Shown here: piece by piece, positions 1 through 9,817 of the stretch
Numbering within the stretch: position 1 is the stretch's first letter
Layout: each line of letters opens with the position of its first letter
Assembly (NCBI GenBank): GCA_965219455.1
Contig: OZ244744.1
Location: 224,001-288,000, forward strand
From: Candidatus Latescibacterota bacterium
GTDB lineage: Bacteria > Latescibacterota > UBA2968 > GCA-2709665
DNA: 64,000 nucleotides
Direction of reading: 5' to 3'
The notes under the pieces: generated by a model
Told to the model about the DNA's origin: nothing
Database searches by the model: none
What the model saw: only the letters and a program-made list of their open reading frames with translations
Position numbers and translations under genes: made by a program

Positions 1-1816
1 CGAAAGCGCCATCATCATCGACAGCGACTTTCATGGCACGTTACGCGAACCTGAATACGCGAGCAGTCGGGGCGCGGAGCAGCCATTCCGGACCTTTGTG
101 GTCAACCTGGGGGTTATTGGCGAAGAGTCAAAAGCCGACTGGGAAAAATACGAGATCGACTTTCGCTTTCAGGAAGAACCCTTCGACTGGTTGAAGGTCT
201 TCTTTAACTTCCTGCCGTGGCTGCTCTTTGTCGGCCTCTGGTTGTTCATCTTCCGTCAGATGCAAGGTGGTCCCAAGGGAGCGTTCAGCTTCGGCAAGAG
301 CAGGGCGAAGCTGGTTTCTGAAGACCGCCCTAAAGTCACCTTTAACGACGTTGCCGGATCGGACGAGGCCAAACAGGAACTCCAGGAAATTATCGAGTAC
401 CTCAAGGATCCCCGAAAATTCCAGCGGCTCGGAGGCCGAATCCCTAAGGGTGTGCTACTGGTCGGGCCACCGGGTACAGGCAAAACGTACATGGCTAAAG
501 CGGTGGCCGGCGAAGCCGACGTACCATTCTACAGTATGAGCGGCTCCGACTTTGTCGAAATGTTCGTCGGCGTTGGCGCCTCTCGCGTGCGCGACCTGTT
601 TGAACAGGGAAAGGCCAATGCACCCTGCATCATCTTCATAGACGAAATAGACGCTGTGGGGCGACACCGGGGCGCCGGCATCGGGGGGGGGCACGACGAG
701 CGGGAGCAGACGCTCAACCAGTTGCTGGTTGAAATGGACGGATTTGACTCCAAGGAGGGGGTCATTCTCATAGCCGCAACCAACCGGCCCGACGTCCTCG
801 ATCCGGCCCTTCTGCGGCCGGGACGCTTCGACCGTCAGGTGGTTGTGGACCGGCCCGACGTCAAGGGTCGGGAGGGTGTTCTAAAGGTTCACATCCGCAA
901 TACTCCGTTGGACAAGGACGTCGACCTGACCGTACTCGCACGGGCCACGCCCGGCTTTTCCCAGGCCGACCTGGAAAACCTGGTCAACGAGGCGGCATTA
1001 CTGGCCTCCAGGTACGACCGGCCCTCCGTGATTATGGAGGACTTCGAGAATGCCAAAGACAAGGTCATTATGGGCGTAGAAAGGCGTAGTCTGGTCATTT
1101 CCGACTCGGAAAAGAAGTGTACGGCATACCACGAAATCGGTCACGCTCTGGTGGCCAAACTCGTTCCCGAGGCCGACCCGGTGCATAAGGTCACCATTAT
1201 TCCCCGCGGCCAATCCCTCGGGTTGACCACGTATCTGCCCATCGACGAACGCCACAACTATTCCAAGAGCTACAGCGACGCCGTTCTCACTTATGCGTTG
1301 GGTGGCCGGGTGGCGGAAAAAATCGTCTTCGGGGAAGTTTCCAGCGGCGGTCAGCAGGACTATAAGATGGCCACCGACCTGGCGCGCCGGATGATCTGCG
1401 ACTGGGGCATGAGCGAGAAATTGGGTCCCGTATCCTACGGAAACAGACAGGATGAAATCTTCCTCGGTCGCGAATTGGCCCAGCGCCGGGATTTCAGTGA
1501 AAAAGTCTCACAGGTCATAGACGACGAAATCCGCAACTTCGTCTTCGCCGCGGAAGAACGGGCGGAAACACTGCTGCGGGAGAATATCGCTCAGGTCCAC
1601 ATTCTGGCGGATGCGCTTCTGGAGTTCGAAGTGCTGGATGACTCCCAACTCGACCGTATTCTGGCTGGAGAAAAGCTGCAAAAACCATCTGAGCCGTCCC
1701 AATCTCAAAACGGACGGCGCAGTCAGGATGCAGCCGCCGACGTGGAGGAGCCGGACGCGCCTTCCGCGGGCGAACAGACAGCCGAATCGCAGGAAGCATC
1801 CGATAACGAAGAGTAA
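1..1816 (+). CDS. ftsH: ATP-dependent zinc metalloprotease FtsH (5' end outside window)
   Basis: Walker A GPPGTGKT, Walker [36 protein letters not shown] zinc motif. Frame is open from position 2. Confidence 0.97.
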   Translation, partial: ESAIIIDSDFHGTLREPEYASSRGAEQPFRTFVVNLGVIGEESKADWEKYEIDFRFQEEPFDWLKVFFNFLPWLLFVGLWLFIFRQMQGGPKGAFSFGKSRAKLVSEDRPKVTFNDVAGSDEAKQELQEIIEYLKDPRKFQRLGGRIPKGVLLVGPPGTGKTYMAKAVAGEADVPFYSMSGSDFVEMFVGVGASRVRDLFEQGKANAPCIIFIDEIDAVGRHRGAGIGGGHDEREQTLNQLLVEMDGFDSKEGVILIAATNRPDVLDPALLRPGRFDRQVVVDRPDVKGREGVLKVHIRNTPLDKDVDLTVLARATPGFSQADLENLVNEAALLASRYDRPSVIMEDFENAKDKVIMGVERRSLVISDSEKKCTAYHEIGHALVAKLVPEADPVHKVTIIPRGQSLGLTTYLPIDERHNYSKSYSDAVLTYALGGRVAEKIVFGEVSSGGQQDYKMATDLARRMICDWGMSEKLGPVSYGNRQDEIFLGRELAQRRDFSEKVSQVIDDEIRNFVFAAEERAETLLRENIAQVHILADALLEFEVLDDSQLDRILAGEKLQKPSEPSQSQNGRRSQDAAADVEEPDAPSAGEQTAESQEASDNEE

Positions 1817-1855
1817 ACGCTTTACTTAAATTTCAGGAAGGGATGGTAAAAAGCC

Positions 1856-2860
1856 GTGTCATTTTGCCATCCCTTTTGCATGTCCACATTTCCGATGCGA
1901 TACATAACCTCCCCCACCCGCCGGCTCGACTGCCGGGGCAACATTCTCCACCTGGGCTCACGAACCCTTATAATGGGGATTCTTAACGTCACACCCGATT
2001 CGTTTGCCGACGGTGGACGTTATTTCGAACCGCGACAGGCCGTTGCCCGTGCGCTACGGATGGCTGAAGAGGGTGCGGATATCATCGACGTGGGCGGCGA
2101 ATCCACCCGTCCGGCAGGGACGTACGGCGCGGGAGCCCACCCCGTCTCAACGGAAGAGGAAATCCGCCGTACGGCACCGGTGATCGAAGAAATCGCATCC
2201 GGAACAGACCTGATCATTTCCGTCGACACCACAAAAGCGGCTGTCGCCCAAAAAGCGATACAGTCGGGCGCATCCATCGTCAACGATATAAGCGCTATGC
2301 GTTTCGACCCTCTCATGGCCGAAACCGTCGCACAATCGGGCGCCGCGGTTGTCCTTATGCACATGAAGGGCACGCCCCGAACCATGCAGATCAAACCGTC
2401 GTATCACAACGTGATACGCGAAATTCTCGATTTTCTCGACGTTCGCCTGGCCTCAGCCCTCGACGCCGGCATCGCTCCCGGCCGGATTCTGATTGACCCC
2501 GGTCTGGGATTCGGAAAACGAAATACCCATAACTTTGAAATTCTCGCCCGGCTTGAGGAACTCCATGATCTCGGCTGCCCTCTGCTGGTGGGCCCGTCGC
2601 GAAAAAAATTCATTGGAGCCCGGCTGGATCTTCCGCCGGAAGAAAGGCTGGAAGGCACGCTGGCCGCGGTAGGTTTCTCCGTGGCCGCCGGGGCTCACAT
2701 TGTACGCGTGCATGACGTTGGAGCAGCCGGTCGGGCCGTGCGTGTGGCCGAAGAGATTGTTGCGGCCTCCGGTGCCGGGTGTGCTGCACCCGGACACGAT
2801 GCGAACAGGACGGACGAACGCGCCCATTGCCCACCGTCGAAATGCGGCGCAGTCGAATGA
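1856..2860 (+). CDS. folP: dihydropteroate synthase
   Basis: MGILNVTPDSFADGG, DVGGESTRP, IDPGLGFGK, SRKKFI, IVRVHDV. Conserved ftsH-folP adjacency. True start may be ATG 1879 or 1894. Confidence 0.96.
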   Translation: MSFCHPFCMSTFPMRYITSPTRRLDCRGNILHLGSRTLIMGILNVTPDSFADGGRYFEPRQAVARALRMAEEGADIIDVGGESTRPAGTYGAGAHPVSTEEEIRRTAPVIEEIASGTDLIISVDTTKAAVAQKAIQSGASIVNDISAMRFDPLMAETVAQSGAAVVLMHMKGTPRTMQIKPSYHNVIREILDFLDVRLASALDAGIAPGRILIDPGLGFGKRNTHNFEILARLEELHDLGCPLLVGPSRKKFIGARLDLPPEERLEGTLAAVGFSVAAGAHIVRVHDVGAAGRAVRVAEEIVAASGAGCAAPGHDANRTDERAHCPPSKCGAVE

Positions 2861-2949
2861 GCCCGGCATAACGTCGCACTATCGTAAGGTGGATTGAAAA
2901 TCCTGCATTTTACCCTGTCCCCCTTCCTATATGAATTTACAAACGAAGT

Positions 2950-4008
2950 ATGGAAGGTAACCTTATGAAGGGAAAGTCAGACGCATACACCGCCGCCGGC
3001 GTGGATATCGAGAGCGCCAGTCGGACCAAGAAAGGCATCTCCAGCCTGGTACGATCAACATTCGGCCCTGAAGTACTCACGGACATTGGCGGATTCGGCG
3101 GCCTTTTTGCACCGCAGTGGAAGGCTTACCGGGATCCCGTCCTGGTGGCAGGAACGGATGGTGTTGGCACGAAGCTCAAAATTGCTTTTATGACGGGTGT
3201 CCACAATACGGTCGGAGCGGACCTTGTGGCCCACTGCGCCAACGACATACTTGTACAAGGGGCGCGCCCCCTTTTTTTTATGGACTACCTGGCCATGGGG
3301 AAACACGACACCGTCGTTGCCGAGGCCGTCATCGAGGGAATCGCAAACGGATGTAAAGCCTGCGGTTGCGCGCTGCTGGGCGGGGAAATGGCGGAAATGC
3401 CGGATTTCTATGCCGACGGCGAATACGACTTGGCGGGTACTATCGTCGGCATTGTCAACCGGGAAGAAATTCTGGATGGCTCCCGGGTACAGCCGGGCGA
3501 CAAGCTCATCGGTCTGCCGTCGTACGGCCTCCACACCAACGGTTATGCCTTGGCGCGCAAACTTTTCTTCCAAACCGCAGGATGGACCGTCGACACCCAC
3601 CTGGGTGAACTCGGCGGCACAATCGGCGATGCCCTGCTGGCCCCTCACCGGAGTTACATATCATCGGCCTTCAGTCTTATGGAAGCCGTGCAGGTACGGG
3701 GGATGGCCCACATCACCGGCGGAGGGCTTGTCGACAACCTGCCGCGCACCCTTCCGGATGGGCTGGGCGCACGTGTTTTCCGGGGAACCTGGCCCGAGTT
3801 GCCTGTATTCAACCTGTTACAGAAGGTGGGCGACGACATTGAAACCGACGAGATGTTTCGTGTGTTCAATATGGGTCTGGGCCTGGTGCTTGTCGTCCCT
3901 TCCAGTCAGGCTGAAAAAGCGATCGAACAGTTGAGCCAAAGCGGAGAGACAGGCTACGTCGTGGGTGAAGTTGTCAACGACCCGGGTTCCGGTGTTCAAA
4001 TCCTTTAG
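2950..4008 (+). CDS. purM: phosphoribosylformylglycinamidine cyclo-ligase (AIR synthase)
   Basis: YTAAGVDI, GGFGGLF, TDGVGTK, GGEMAEMP, GLHTNGY, HITGGGL, FNMGLG. Confidence 0.97.
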   Translation: MEGNLMKGKSDAYTAAGVDIESASRTKKGISSLVRSTFGPEVLTDIGGFGGLFAPQWKAYRDPVLVAGTDGVGTKLKIAFMTGVHNTVGADLVAHCANDILVQGARPLFFMDYLAMGKHDTVVAEAVIEGIANGCKACGCALLGGEMAEMPDFYADGEYDLAGTIVGIVNREEILDGSRVQPGDKLIGLPSYGLHTNGYALARKLFFQTAGWTVDTHLGELGGTIGDALLAPHRSYISSAFSLMEAVQVRGMAHITGGGLVDNLPRTLPDGLGARVFRGTWPELPVFNLLQKVGDDIETDEMFRVFNMGLGLVLVVPSSQAEKAIEQLSQSGETGYVVGEVVNDPGSGVQIL

Positions 4009-4020
4009 CGGGAGTACGCT

Positions 4021-4212
4021 ATGTTGTTGCGCATTTTCCTTTTCGGCTTATTGCTGGGTCTCGTATACCGCGTACTTCGGGATGTTCTGCGCTCCTCGCT
4101 TCGATGGGTCTCCCCCCAGAAAGACGGGTCACGTCCACCCGGCAAGAAGCCATCCTGGGACATCAACAAGAATCGGATCAGGGATGCTGAATTTCGCGAC
4201 CTGGACGGTTAG
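4021..4212 (+). CDS. small single-pass membrane protein, hypothetical
   Basis: GGGAG RBS 5' of ATG, N-terminal hydrophobic helix, acidic C-terminus IRDAEFRDLD. Fills the purM-holA gap. Confidence 0.6.
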   Translation: MLLRIFLFGLLLGLVYRVLRDVLRSSLRWVSPQKDGSRPPGKKPSWDINKNRIRDAEFRDLDG

Positions 4213-4301
4213 CGCTCCCTTTGGGCCGGTGTAGCGCTCCCTGGCAGAGTAGTTCCGTGCATGTTTTCAGATCTTTCGCATCTTTCGCGTTAACCACAAC
4301 C

Positions 4302-5330
4302 GTGGCCAAATCCAAAGCCAAATCCGGCAAACCGCAGGATAGACTGACCGCGCACATACAACGGGGCGAATTCTCGCCACTGTATTTGATGCACGGATCC
4401 GAGAACGTCAGCAAGGAAGAAAGCCTGAAAGCCCTTGTCGACGCCGCCGTCGATCCCGCATTGAGAGCATTCAATCTGGATGTCTTCCGTGGCGAGGATA
4501 TGGACGTGGCCGACGCCGTCAGCCGGGCAACCGCTTTTCCGATGATGGCGGTGCGCCGGGTTGTCGTCGTCAAACGCGTTGAACGGTTGCGGGACACCGA
4601 CGCGCGAGATCTCCTGCCCCTTATTGACAATCCCGTTGAATCCACTGTCCTTATTTTTACCGCCGACAAATTGGACGGCCGCAAGAAGTTCACCGTCGCG
4701 TTGCGAAAGAACGCCATTACGGTAGCGTTCAAGCCGCCCTACGAGAGTGAACTCCCGGATTGGATTCGTAGACGGGCGGCTGCCCTGAAAAAACGGATCG
4801 AACCGGATGCCGCGCACCTGCTTCACCTCGGCATCGGGCCGAATCCGGGCGAACTGGTTAGCGAGCTCGAGAAACTGGCCATATATACGAATGGACGAGA
4901 TACCATTACGCGAGACGACGTCATCCAGGTGGCTGGCGCGTCGCGAAACGCGACAGTTTTCGAACTCACGGATGCCGTGGGAAAGCGGAGAGCCGGCGAT
5001 GCCCTGGCCGTTCTGCATCACCTTCTCGAACGGGGCGACAACCCGGTGGCTGTTGTCGCGATACTCGTCCGGCATATCGGAATTCTTCGTAAGGCGCGCT
5101 GGTTCCGGAATCAGGGGCTGCCCCGGTCGGAACTGGCGGGAAAACTGAAGGTGCCCCCTTTCTTTCTTTCCAACTATCTCGAACAGGCGGCCCGTTTCGA
5201 TGACCAGGATCTGTGGCACGCCTACGATGCCCTCCTGAACGCGGACAACCGCCTGAAATCCCGTTCTCGCGCCCCCGCCGCCACGCTCACACAACTCATC
5301 TGCCGGATGTGTTCCGGCCCGCCCGGCTGA
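4302..5330 (+). CDS. holA: DNA polymerase III subunit delta
   Basis: PLYLMHGSE, AFNLDVFRG, FPMMAVRRVVVVK, ELEKL, TVFELTDAV, ADNRLKS. GTG 4302 preferred over ORF start 4221. Confidence 0.9.
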   Translation: MAKSKAKSGKPQDRLTAHIQRGEFSPLYLMHGSENVSKEESLKALVDAAVDPALRAFNLDVFRGEDMDVADAVSRATAFPMMAVRRVVVVKRVERLRDTDARDLLPLIDNPVESTVLIFTADKLDGRKKFTVALRKNAITVAFKPPYESELPDWIRRRAAALKKRIEPDAAHLLHLGIGPNPGELVSELEKLAIYTNGRDTITRDDVIQVAGASRNATVFELTDAVGKRRAGDALAVLHHLLERGDNPVAVVAILVRHIGILRKARWFRNQGLPRSELAGKLKVPPFFLSNYLEQAARFDDQDLWHAYDALLNADNRLKSRSRAPAATLTQLICRMCSGPPG

Positions 5331-5381
5331 ACCGGAGACGGGTCGCGCCTCTCCCTTGGTCTCCACCCATTTTTCTGATTC

Positions 5382-5410
5382 TTGACTTGCCCTCGAAAAC
5401 TTGGTAGATT
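5382..5410 (+). promoter_or_regulatory. sigma70-type promoter of trxA
   Basis: TTGACT-N17-TAGATT with extended -10 TG. Confidence 0.65.
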
Positions 5411-5526
5411 TCACAACCCATGACGGAGCCGAATTCCGAGGGTTCGTATCGGCGGAACGTCGGTCCGACCGCTGGCGGTTCCGCGGGCAACCCTTCAATG
5501 TTCCTTACAACAATTAACGAAAGGCG

Positions 5527-5859
5527 GTGTGTGCGTTGGCAAATGCAATAACCATAACCGACGATGGCTTTCAGTCTGAAGTTGTCGAGTCCTCCATTCC
5601 GGTGCTCGTGGACTTCTGGGCTGTGTGGTGCGGCCCCTGCCGCATGGTTGCGCCAATTGTGGACGAACTGGCCGTCGAGTACGAGGGCCGCGTCAAGGTC
5701 GGAAAAGTCGACGTGGACTCCGAACAGAAAATCGCCGCCGACTACGGAATCCGAAGTATACCAACCCTGCTCATATTCAAAAACGGCGAACTGGCCGACC
5801 AGATTGTCGGCGCGGTCCCCAAAAAACAACTGGTCGAAAAACTCGAGGCCGTGCTGTAA
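5527..5859 (+). CDS. trxA: thioredoxin
   Basis: VDFWAVWCGPC active site, SIPTL, VGAVPK. Start GTG 5527 or TTG 5536. Confidence 0.97.
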   Translation: MCALANAITITDDGFQSEVVESSIPVLVDFWAVWCGPCRMVAPIVDELAVEYEGRVKVGKVDVDSEQKIAADYGIRSIPTLLIFKNGELADQIVGAVPKKQLVEKLEAVL

Positions 5860-6055
5860 AAAAACGGCCACGCGTCCGGAAACAACCTGGGCCGGTTCTA
5901 TAGAGTGTCGCAAAGGGCCCGTGTCGGCCACGCACAACGAACCCGAACGGTTATCCGGGCCCATCGACGCGAGCCGAACGAACGCGATCTCGTTGACACG
6001 CCGGTGTGTGCGGATTCAACCGCCGCGGTGCGAACCATGACCGTCACATCGAATA

Positions 6056-6090
6056 CAGGGTGTGCCTCAGCAGGCACGCCCTGATTTTAT
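6056..6090 (+). terminator. intrinsic terminator-like hairpin
   Basis: CAGGGTGTGCCT-cagc-AGGCACGCCCTG followed by ATTTTAT. Confidence 0.5.
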
Positions 6091-6312
6091 GTTCCCTTCT
6101 ATTGGGATCCTGTTCTCAAGGCGTACGCGCAAAGAGGCCCCGAAACCCGCCGCCGCACGACGAACCCGATCGGGCCGGACACGCATGCTCGAACCGTTCG
6201 AGGGTGAACTCCGGCGGCAAATGCCACGTGGGGCCGCTGTGAAAAAGGTTGCCGACGCCGGGGGTACGCCCGACCGGATAACAGAAAGCAGAAACTCAAG
6301 GAGTTCCATCTT

Positions 6313-7218
6313 ATGGAAATCGAGAAGGTCGTGATCCCGTTAGCCGGTATGGGCACCGGGCTCCTGCCGGCCACCAAATCGCAACCGAAGGAGATGCTCC
6401 CTGTTGCATGTAAACCCGTGGTCCAATACGTCGTGGAAGAAATGGTGGACCAGGGCCTGACGAAATTCCTGTTCATTACCGGGCGCGACAAACGTTCTGT
6501 CGAAGATCACTTCGACCGGGACCCTGAACTGTTGAATCGTCTATCGGATAGCGAAAACCGGGAACTGCTGGGCGTGGTGGATTACGGACGGGAGTCGGTC
6601 AGATTTTTTTTCACCCGCCAGCTCATCCCCCACGGGCGGCACACACCGCCGGGAATAGGAGACGCCATCGGCGGAGCCGAAGACTTCGTGGGAAACGACC
6701 CTTTTGTTGTTGCACTTGGCGATACGATTGTCAAATCCGGGAGCCACGCGGGGCTGATCCGGAGGATGATCAGGTCCCATTTCCAGCACGATTCCTGCTG
6801 TACGATCGCCGTCGTGGAGGTAGATCCCTCGGACGTGCCCAATTACGGCATCGTCAAGCCCAGAGGCAGGGCCAGGACGGACTTCGAGATCGAGAGCATC
6901 GTGGAAAAGCCGGCTTTCGCTGACGCGCCCAGTCGCCTTGCAGTCGCCGCCCGATATGTATTTCATCCCGAGATCTTCGATGCGCTGCGGCACACCCTGC
7001 CCGGTTCCAGCGGCAAACTGGAGTTGACGGACGCGATAGCCACGCTTATCAAGATGGGCCGTAAGGTACGGTGCATCCGGCTGAAGAAAGAGGAACTTCG
7101 ATATGGCATCGGCGATCCCGTATCTTACTACAAGGCCTTCATCGACTTCGCCATCTCCGACCAGCGCCACGGTTATATCATCCGCCAGCATATCCAGAAA
7201 CAGTTGAGGGAATTCTGA
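6313..7218 (+). CDS. GalU-family sugar-1-phosphate nucleotidyltransferase with substituted signature residues
   Basis: KVVIPLAGMGTGLLPATKSQPKEMLPV, EDHFD, ALGD, VEKP, LELTDAI. GTR appears as GTG and RYD as RYG. Confidence 0.88.
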   Translation: MEIEKVVIPLAGMGTGLLPATKSQPKEMLPVACKPVVQYVVEEMVDQGLTKFLFITGRDKRSVEDHFDRDPELLNRLSDSENRELLGVVDYGRESVRFFFTRQLIPHGRHTPPGIGDAIGGAEDFVGNDPFVVALGDTIVKSGSHAGLIRRMIRSHFQHDSCCTIAVVEVDPSDVPNYGIVKPRGRARTDFEIESIVEKPAFADAPSRLAVAARYVFHPEIFDALRHTLPGSSGKLELTDAIATLIKMGRKVRCIRLKKEELRYGIGDPVSYYKAFIDFAISDQRHGYIIRQHIQKQLREF

Positions 7219-7220
7219 GT

Positions 7221-8279
7221 ATGCCCGAGGCTTACATGAGTACGGCGCCGGGCAGAGCGGGCATTATCGGAAATCCCACCGACATGTACGGGGGCAGCGT
7301 TATCTCCTGTTCCACGCGCGAACGCGCCGTCGTACTCATCGAACCCGCGGAAGAACTCAGCTTCGAGGTCGCGGGCTGCCGCCGTGTGATTCAACCCTCG
7401 GAAGACCTGAAACCCGAAGGCGGAAATTTCGACGTTGCCATAGCCGTCGTTGACTTCCTCAACCTGAAGAAGGCGCTGTTCTCTCTGCGTTGGACATGCG
7501 ATGTCCCCTTCCGAGCGGGACTTTCCAGTTCATCCGCTCTGATCGTATCCATTCTCAATGCCGTTCTGGCCTACATGGGCCGGTCCGTCCACGTGTATCA
7601 CCGTGCTGAAATGGCCCGCCACATCGAATTGCACTATTTGGTTCTGTGCGGCTACCAGGACGCCTATATGTGCACGATCGGAGGGCTGAATTATCTGGAT
7701 TTCCGCGAGAAACAGTTCTACCGTGCGCTGGCCGACGAACCCTACGCCACCGTGGAGCCCCTCGCGCCGTACGCAGGCGGATGCCCCTTTGTCCTGGCCC
7801 ACACGGGCGTGAAACGCAACTCCGCCCTGGTTCACCGACCGATTCGCGAACGCTGGCTGGAGGGCGACCGGGAAGTCGTACGCAGCTACCTCCGGATTGC
7901 CCACCTGGCGCGGATGGGAAAACGAGCGCTTCTGGAAGCAGACTGGCAGACCCTCGGCGAATTGATGGTCGAGAATCACGAGATCCAGCGGGATCTGGGC
8001 GGTTCCGGGCCAGAAAACGAACGCCTCATTCAGGCGGCGCTGGACGCAGGGGCATTGGGAGCCAAACTGGCCGGGGCGGGTGGAGGCGGCACCATCATTG
8101 CGCTGGCGCCGGATTCTGAACCGGTTGTCCGGGCGCTCCAAAATGCCGGCGCCAGCCGGATCCTTTCCCCGCGGCCGGCGCCGGGGGTCACCGTAACCCC
8201 GCTCAACACCGACGCGGACAGGCAGGCGGCGGAGGCGGAACTCCTCAAGCGTTCGCGGCAGGAAGATCTGAGAGTCTAG
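7221..8279 (+). CDS. GHMP-family sugar kinase (glucuronokinase-like)
   Basis: APGRAGIIGNPTD motif I, VPFRAGLSSSSA motif II, GAKLAGAGGGG motif III. Starts 2 bp after the GalU-like stop. Confidence 0.88.
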   Translation: MPEAYMSTAPGRAGIIGNPTDMYGGSVISCSTRERAVVLIEPAEELSFEVAGCRRVIQPSEDLKPEGGNFDVAIAVVDFLNLKKALFSLRWTCDVPFRAGLSSSSALIVSILNAVLAYMGRSVHVYHRAEMARHIELHYLVLCGYQDAYMCTIGGLNYLDFREKQFYRALADEPYATVEPLAPYAGGCPFVLAHTGVKRNSALVHRPIRERWLEGDREVVRSYLRIAHLARMGKRALLEADWQTLGELMVENHEIQRDLGGSGPENERLIQAALDAGALGAKLAGAGGGGTIIALAPDSEPVVRALQNAGASRILSPRPAPGVTVTPLNTDADRQAAEAELLKRSRQEDLRV

Positions 8280-8312
8280 CCCGAACCGGCAGCGGGGGTC
8301 CGCCGACCGGGG

Positions 8313-8618
8313 CAGATGGATCTCCGACCGATAACTGCCCTGGACCCGTTCATCCACAAAATAGAAATCAAACGGCAGGTGCGGGATGAACGTCTTCAAT
8401 GTCTGCTCCAAAAAAGCCATTGTCTCCGGAATTCCGACCGGGGTAATCCACAACGAAAGGATCAGATGAATCCAATGAAACATAACCACGGGATCTACGC
8501 GGTGATGCAACGACTGGGAATGAAAATCCCTGACAACACCGATCACCCGGCCTTTTTGTCGACCGCGCCACTCAAACTCCTTGCCGATAGGATCCGTCCA
8601 TCCGAGCTTTTTAACCGC
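8313..8618 (-). pseudogene. internal fragment of a MacB/FtsX-type ABC permease
   Basis: AVKKLGWTDPIGK..VIGVVRDFHSQSLHHRVDP..PFDFYFVDERVQGSYRSE is a typical periplasmic segment. No start codon or TM helices around it. Confidence 0.7.
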
Positions 8619-8627
8619 ATCTATCCC

Positions 8628-8656
8628 TTGCCGATAGGAAACACTTTGGTTATCTT
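8628..8656 (+). promoter_or_regulatory. sigma70-type promoter of nadA
   Basis: TTGCCG-N17-TATCTT about 45 nt upstream of the ATG. Confidence 0.5.
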
Positions 8657-8700
8657 TAGCGCAAATCAACACGCATTGAACGGGCACGGAGATTGACGTC

Positions 8701-9750
8701 ATGGCAATTCTGGCAAATACCCTCCACGAAACGTACGAACAGATGGACCGCAAACTCAGCGGAATCGTGCCGGAAATCGAGCTTCTTTATAAGGCCGAAC
8801 TGGTCTACGAGATCAACCGCCTGAAGGAAGAGCGCGGCGCCATCATCCTGGGACATAACTACATGGAGCCGGCGCTCTTCCATACCGTGCCAGACGTGGT
8901 GGGCGATTCGCTCGAACTCAGCCGTAAAGCCGCCGAAACCGATTGCGACCCCATCGTATTCTGCGGCGTGCGTTTTATGGCGGAAACCGCGAAGATCCTC
9001 AACCCGGACAAGACCGTTCTGTTGCCGGCACGGATTGCCGGGTGCTCCCTGGCGGCAAGCATCTCTGCTGAGGACGTCCGCAAGCTGCGGGAGGATTACC
9101 CGGGCATCCCTATCGTCACGTATATAAACACCTATGCAGACGTGAAAGCGGAATGCGACGTCTGCTGCACATCCAGCAACGCCGCAAGGGTCGTGGAATC
9201 GCTCGGTTGCGATACCGTCATCTTTCTTCCCGACGAATACCTGGCGGCCAACGTGGCCCAGGAAACCGGCAAGCGGATCATTTTCCCCACAAGGGAGGAA
9301 CCCGAACTGCCCGGAACAGAGCTGGAATACGAGATGATCGGTTGGCACGGCCGGTGCGAAGTGCACGAGAAATTCACCGTCGGCGACGTCACCGATGTGC
9401 GCGAGCAGTTTCCGGGCGTGCTCGTTCTCGCCCATCCGGAGTGCAGCCCCGAAGTTGTGGCGGCTTCCGACTTCTCCAGCAGCACGTCCAAGATGAGCGC
9501 CTATGTGCAAGAGACTGAAGCGTCCAGCTATCTGCTCCTCACGGAATGCAGCATGGGTGACAATATCATGGCAGACAACCCGGACAAGGAAATGGTTCGG
9601 CTGTGCAGCATCCGGTGTCCGCACATGAACGAAATCACCCTTGAAGACACGCTGAATGCCCTGAAAAACAACGAGCAGATCATCGAGGTACCCGAGCAAA
9701 TCCGCATTCGAGCCAAACGCGCGGTGGATCGGATGTTGGAAATAGGTTGA
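8701..9750 (+). CDS. nadA: quinolinate synthase
   Basis: GHNY, GDSLELS, FCGVRFMAE, AGCSLA, YINT, CTSSNA, CEVH, HPEC, CPHMN (three Fe-S cysteines). Confidence 0.96.
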   Translation: MAILANTLHETYEQMDRKLSGIVPEIELLYKAELVYEINRLKEERGAIILGHNYMEPALFHTVPDVVGDSLELSRKAAETDCDPIVFCGVRFMAETAKILNPDKTVLLPARIAGCSLAASISAEDVRKLREDYPGIPIVTYINTYADVKAECDVCCTSSNAARVVESLGCDTVIFLPDEYLAANVAQETGKRIIFPTREEPELPGTELEYEMIGWHGRCEVHEKFTVGDVTDVREQFPGVLVLAHPECSPEVVAASDFSSSTSKMSAYVQETEASSYLLLTECSMGDNIMADNPDKEMVRLCSIRCPHMNEITLEDTLNALKNNEQIIEVPEQIRIRAKRAVDRMLEIG

Positions 9751-9772
9751 ATTCACAGATAACGTATGCCGC

Positions 9773-9805
9773 GGGGGCGGGGTTTCATACCCGCCCTCCT
9801 TTTTG
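9773..9805 (+). terminator. intrinsic terminator or REP-like hairpin after nadA
   Basis: GGGGGCGGGG-tttcat-ACCCGCCCTCC then TTTTT. Confidence 0.55.
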
Positions 9806-9817
9806 TAGGGACCTGCC

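Noticed and set aside
5860-6312. Possible ncRNA (6S-like) in the 450-bp gap after trxA
   Set aside because: Only a terminator-like hairpin is clear. No convincing promoter or long rod structure.
8657-8700. Possible NAD+ riboswitch upstream of nadA
   Set aside because: The predicted leader is only about 40 nt with no aptamer-like structure.
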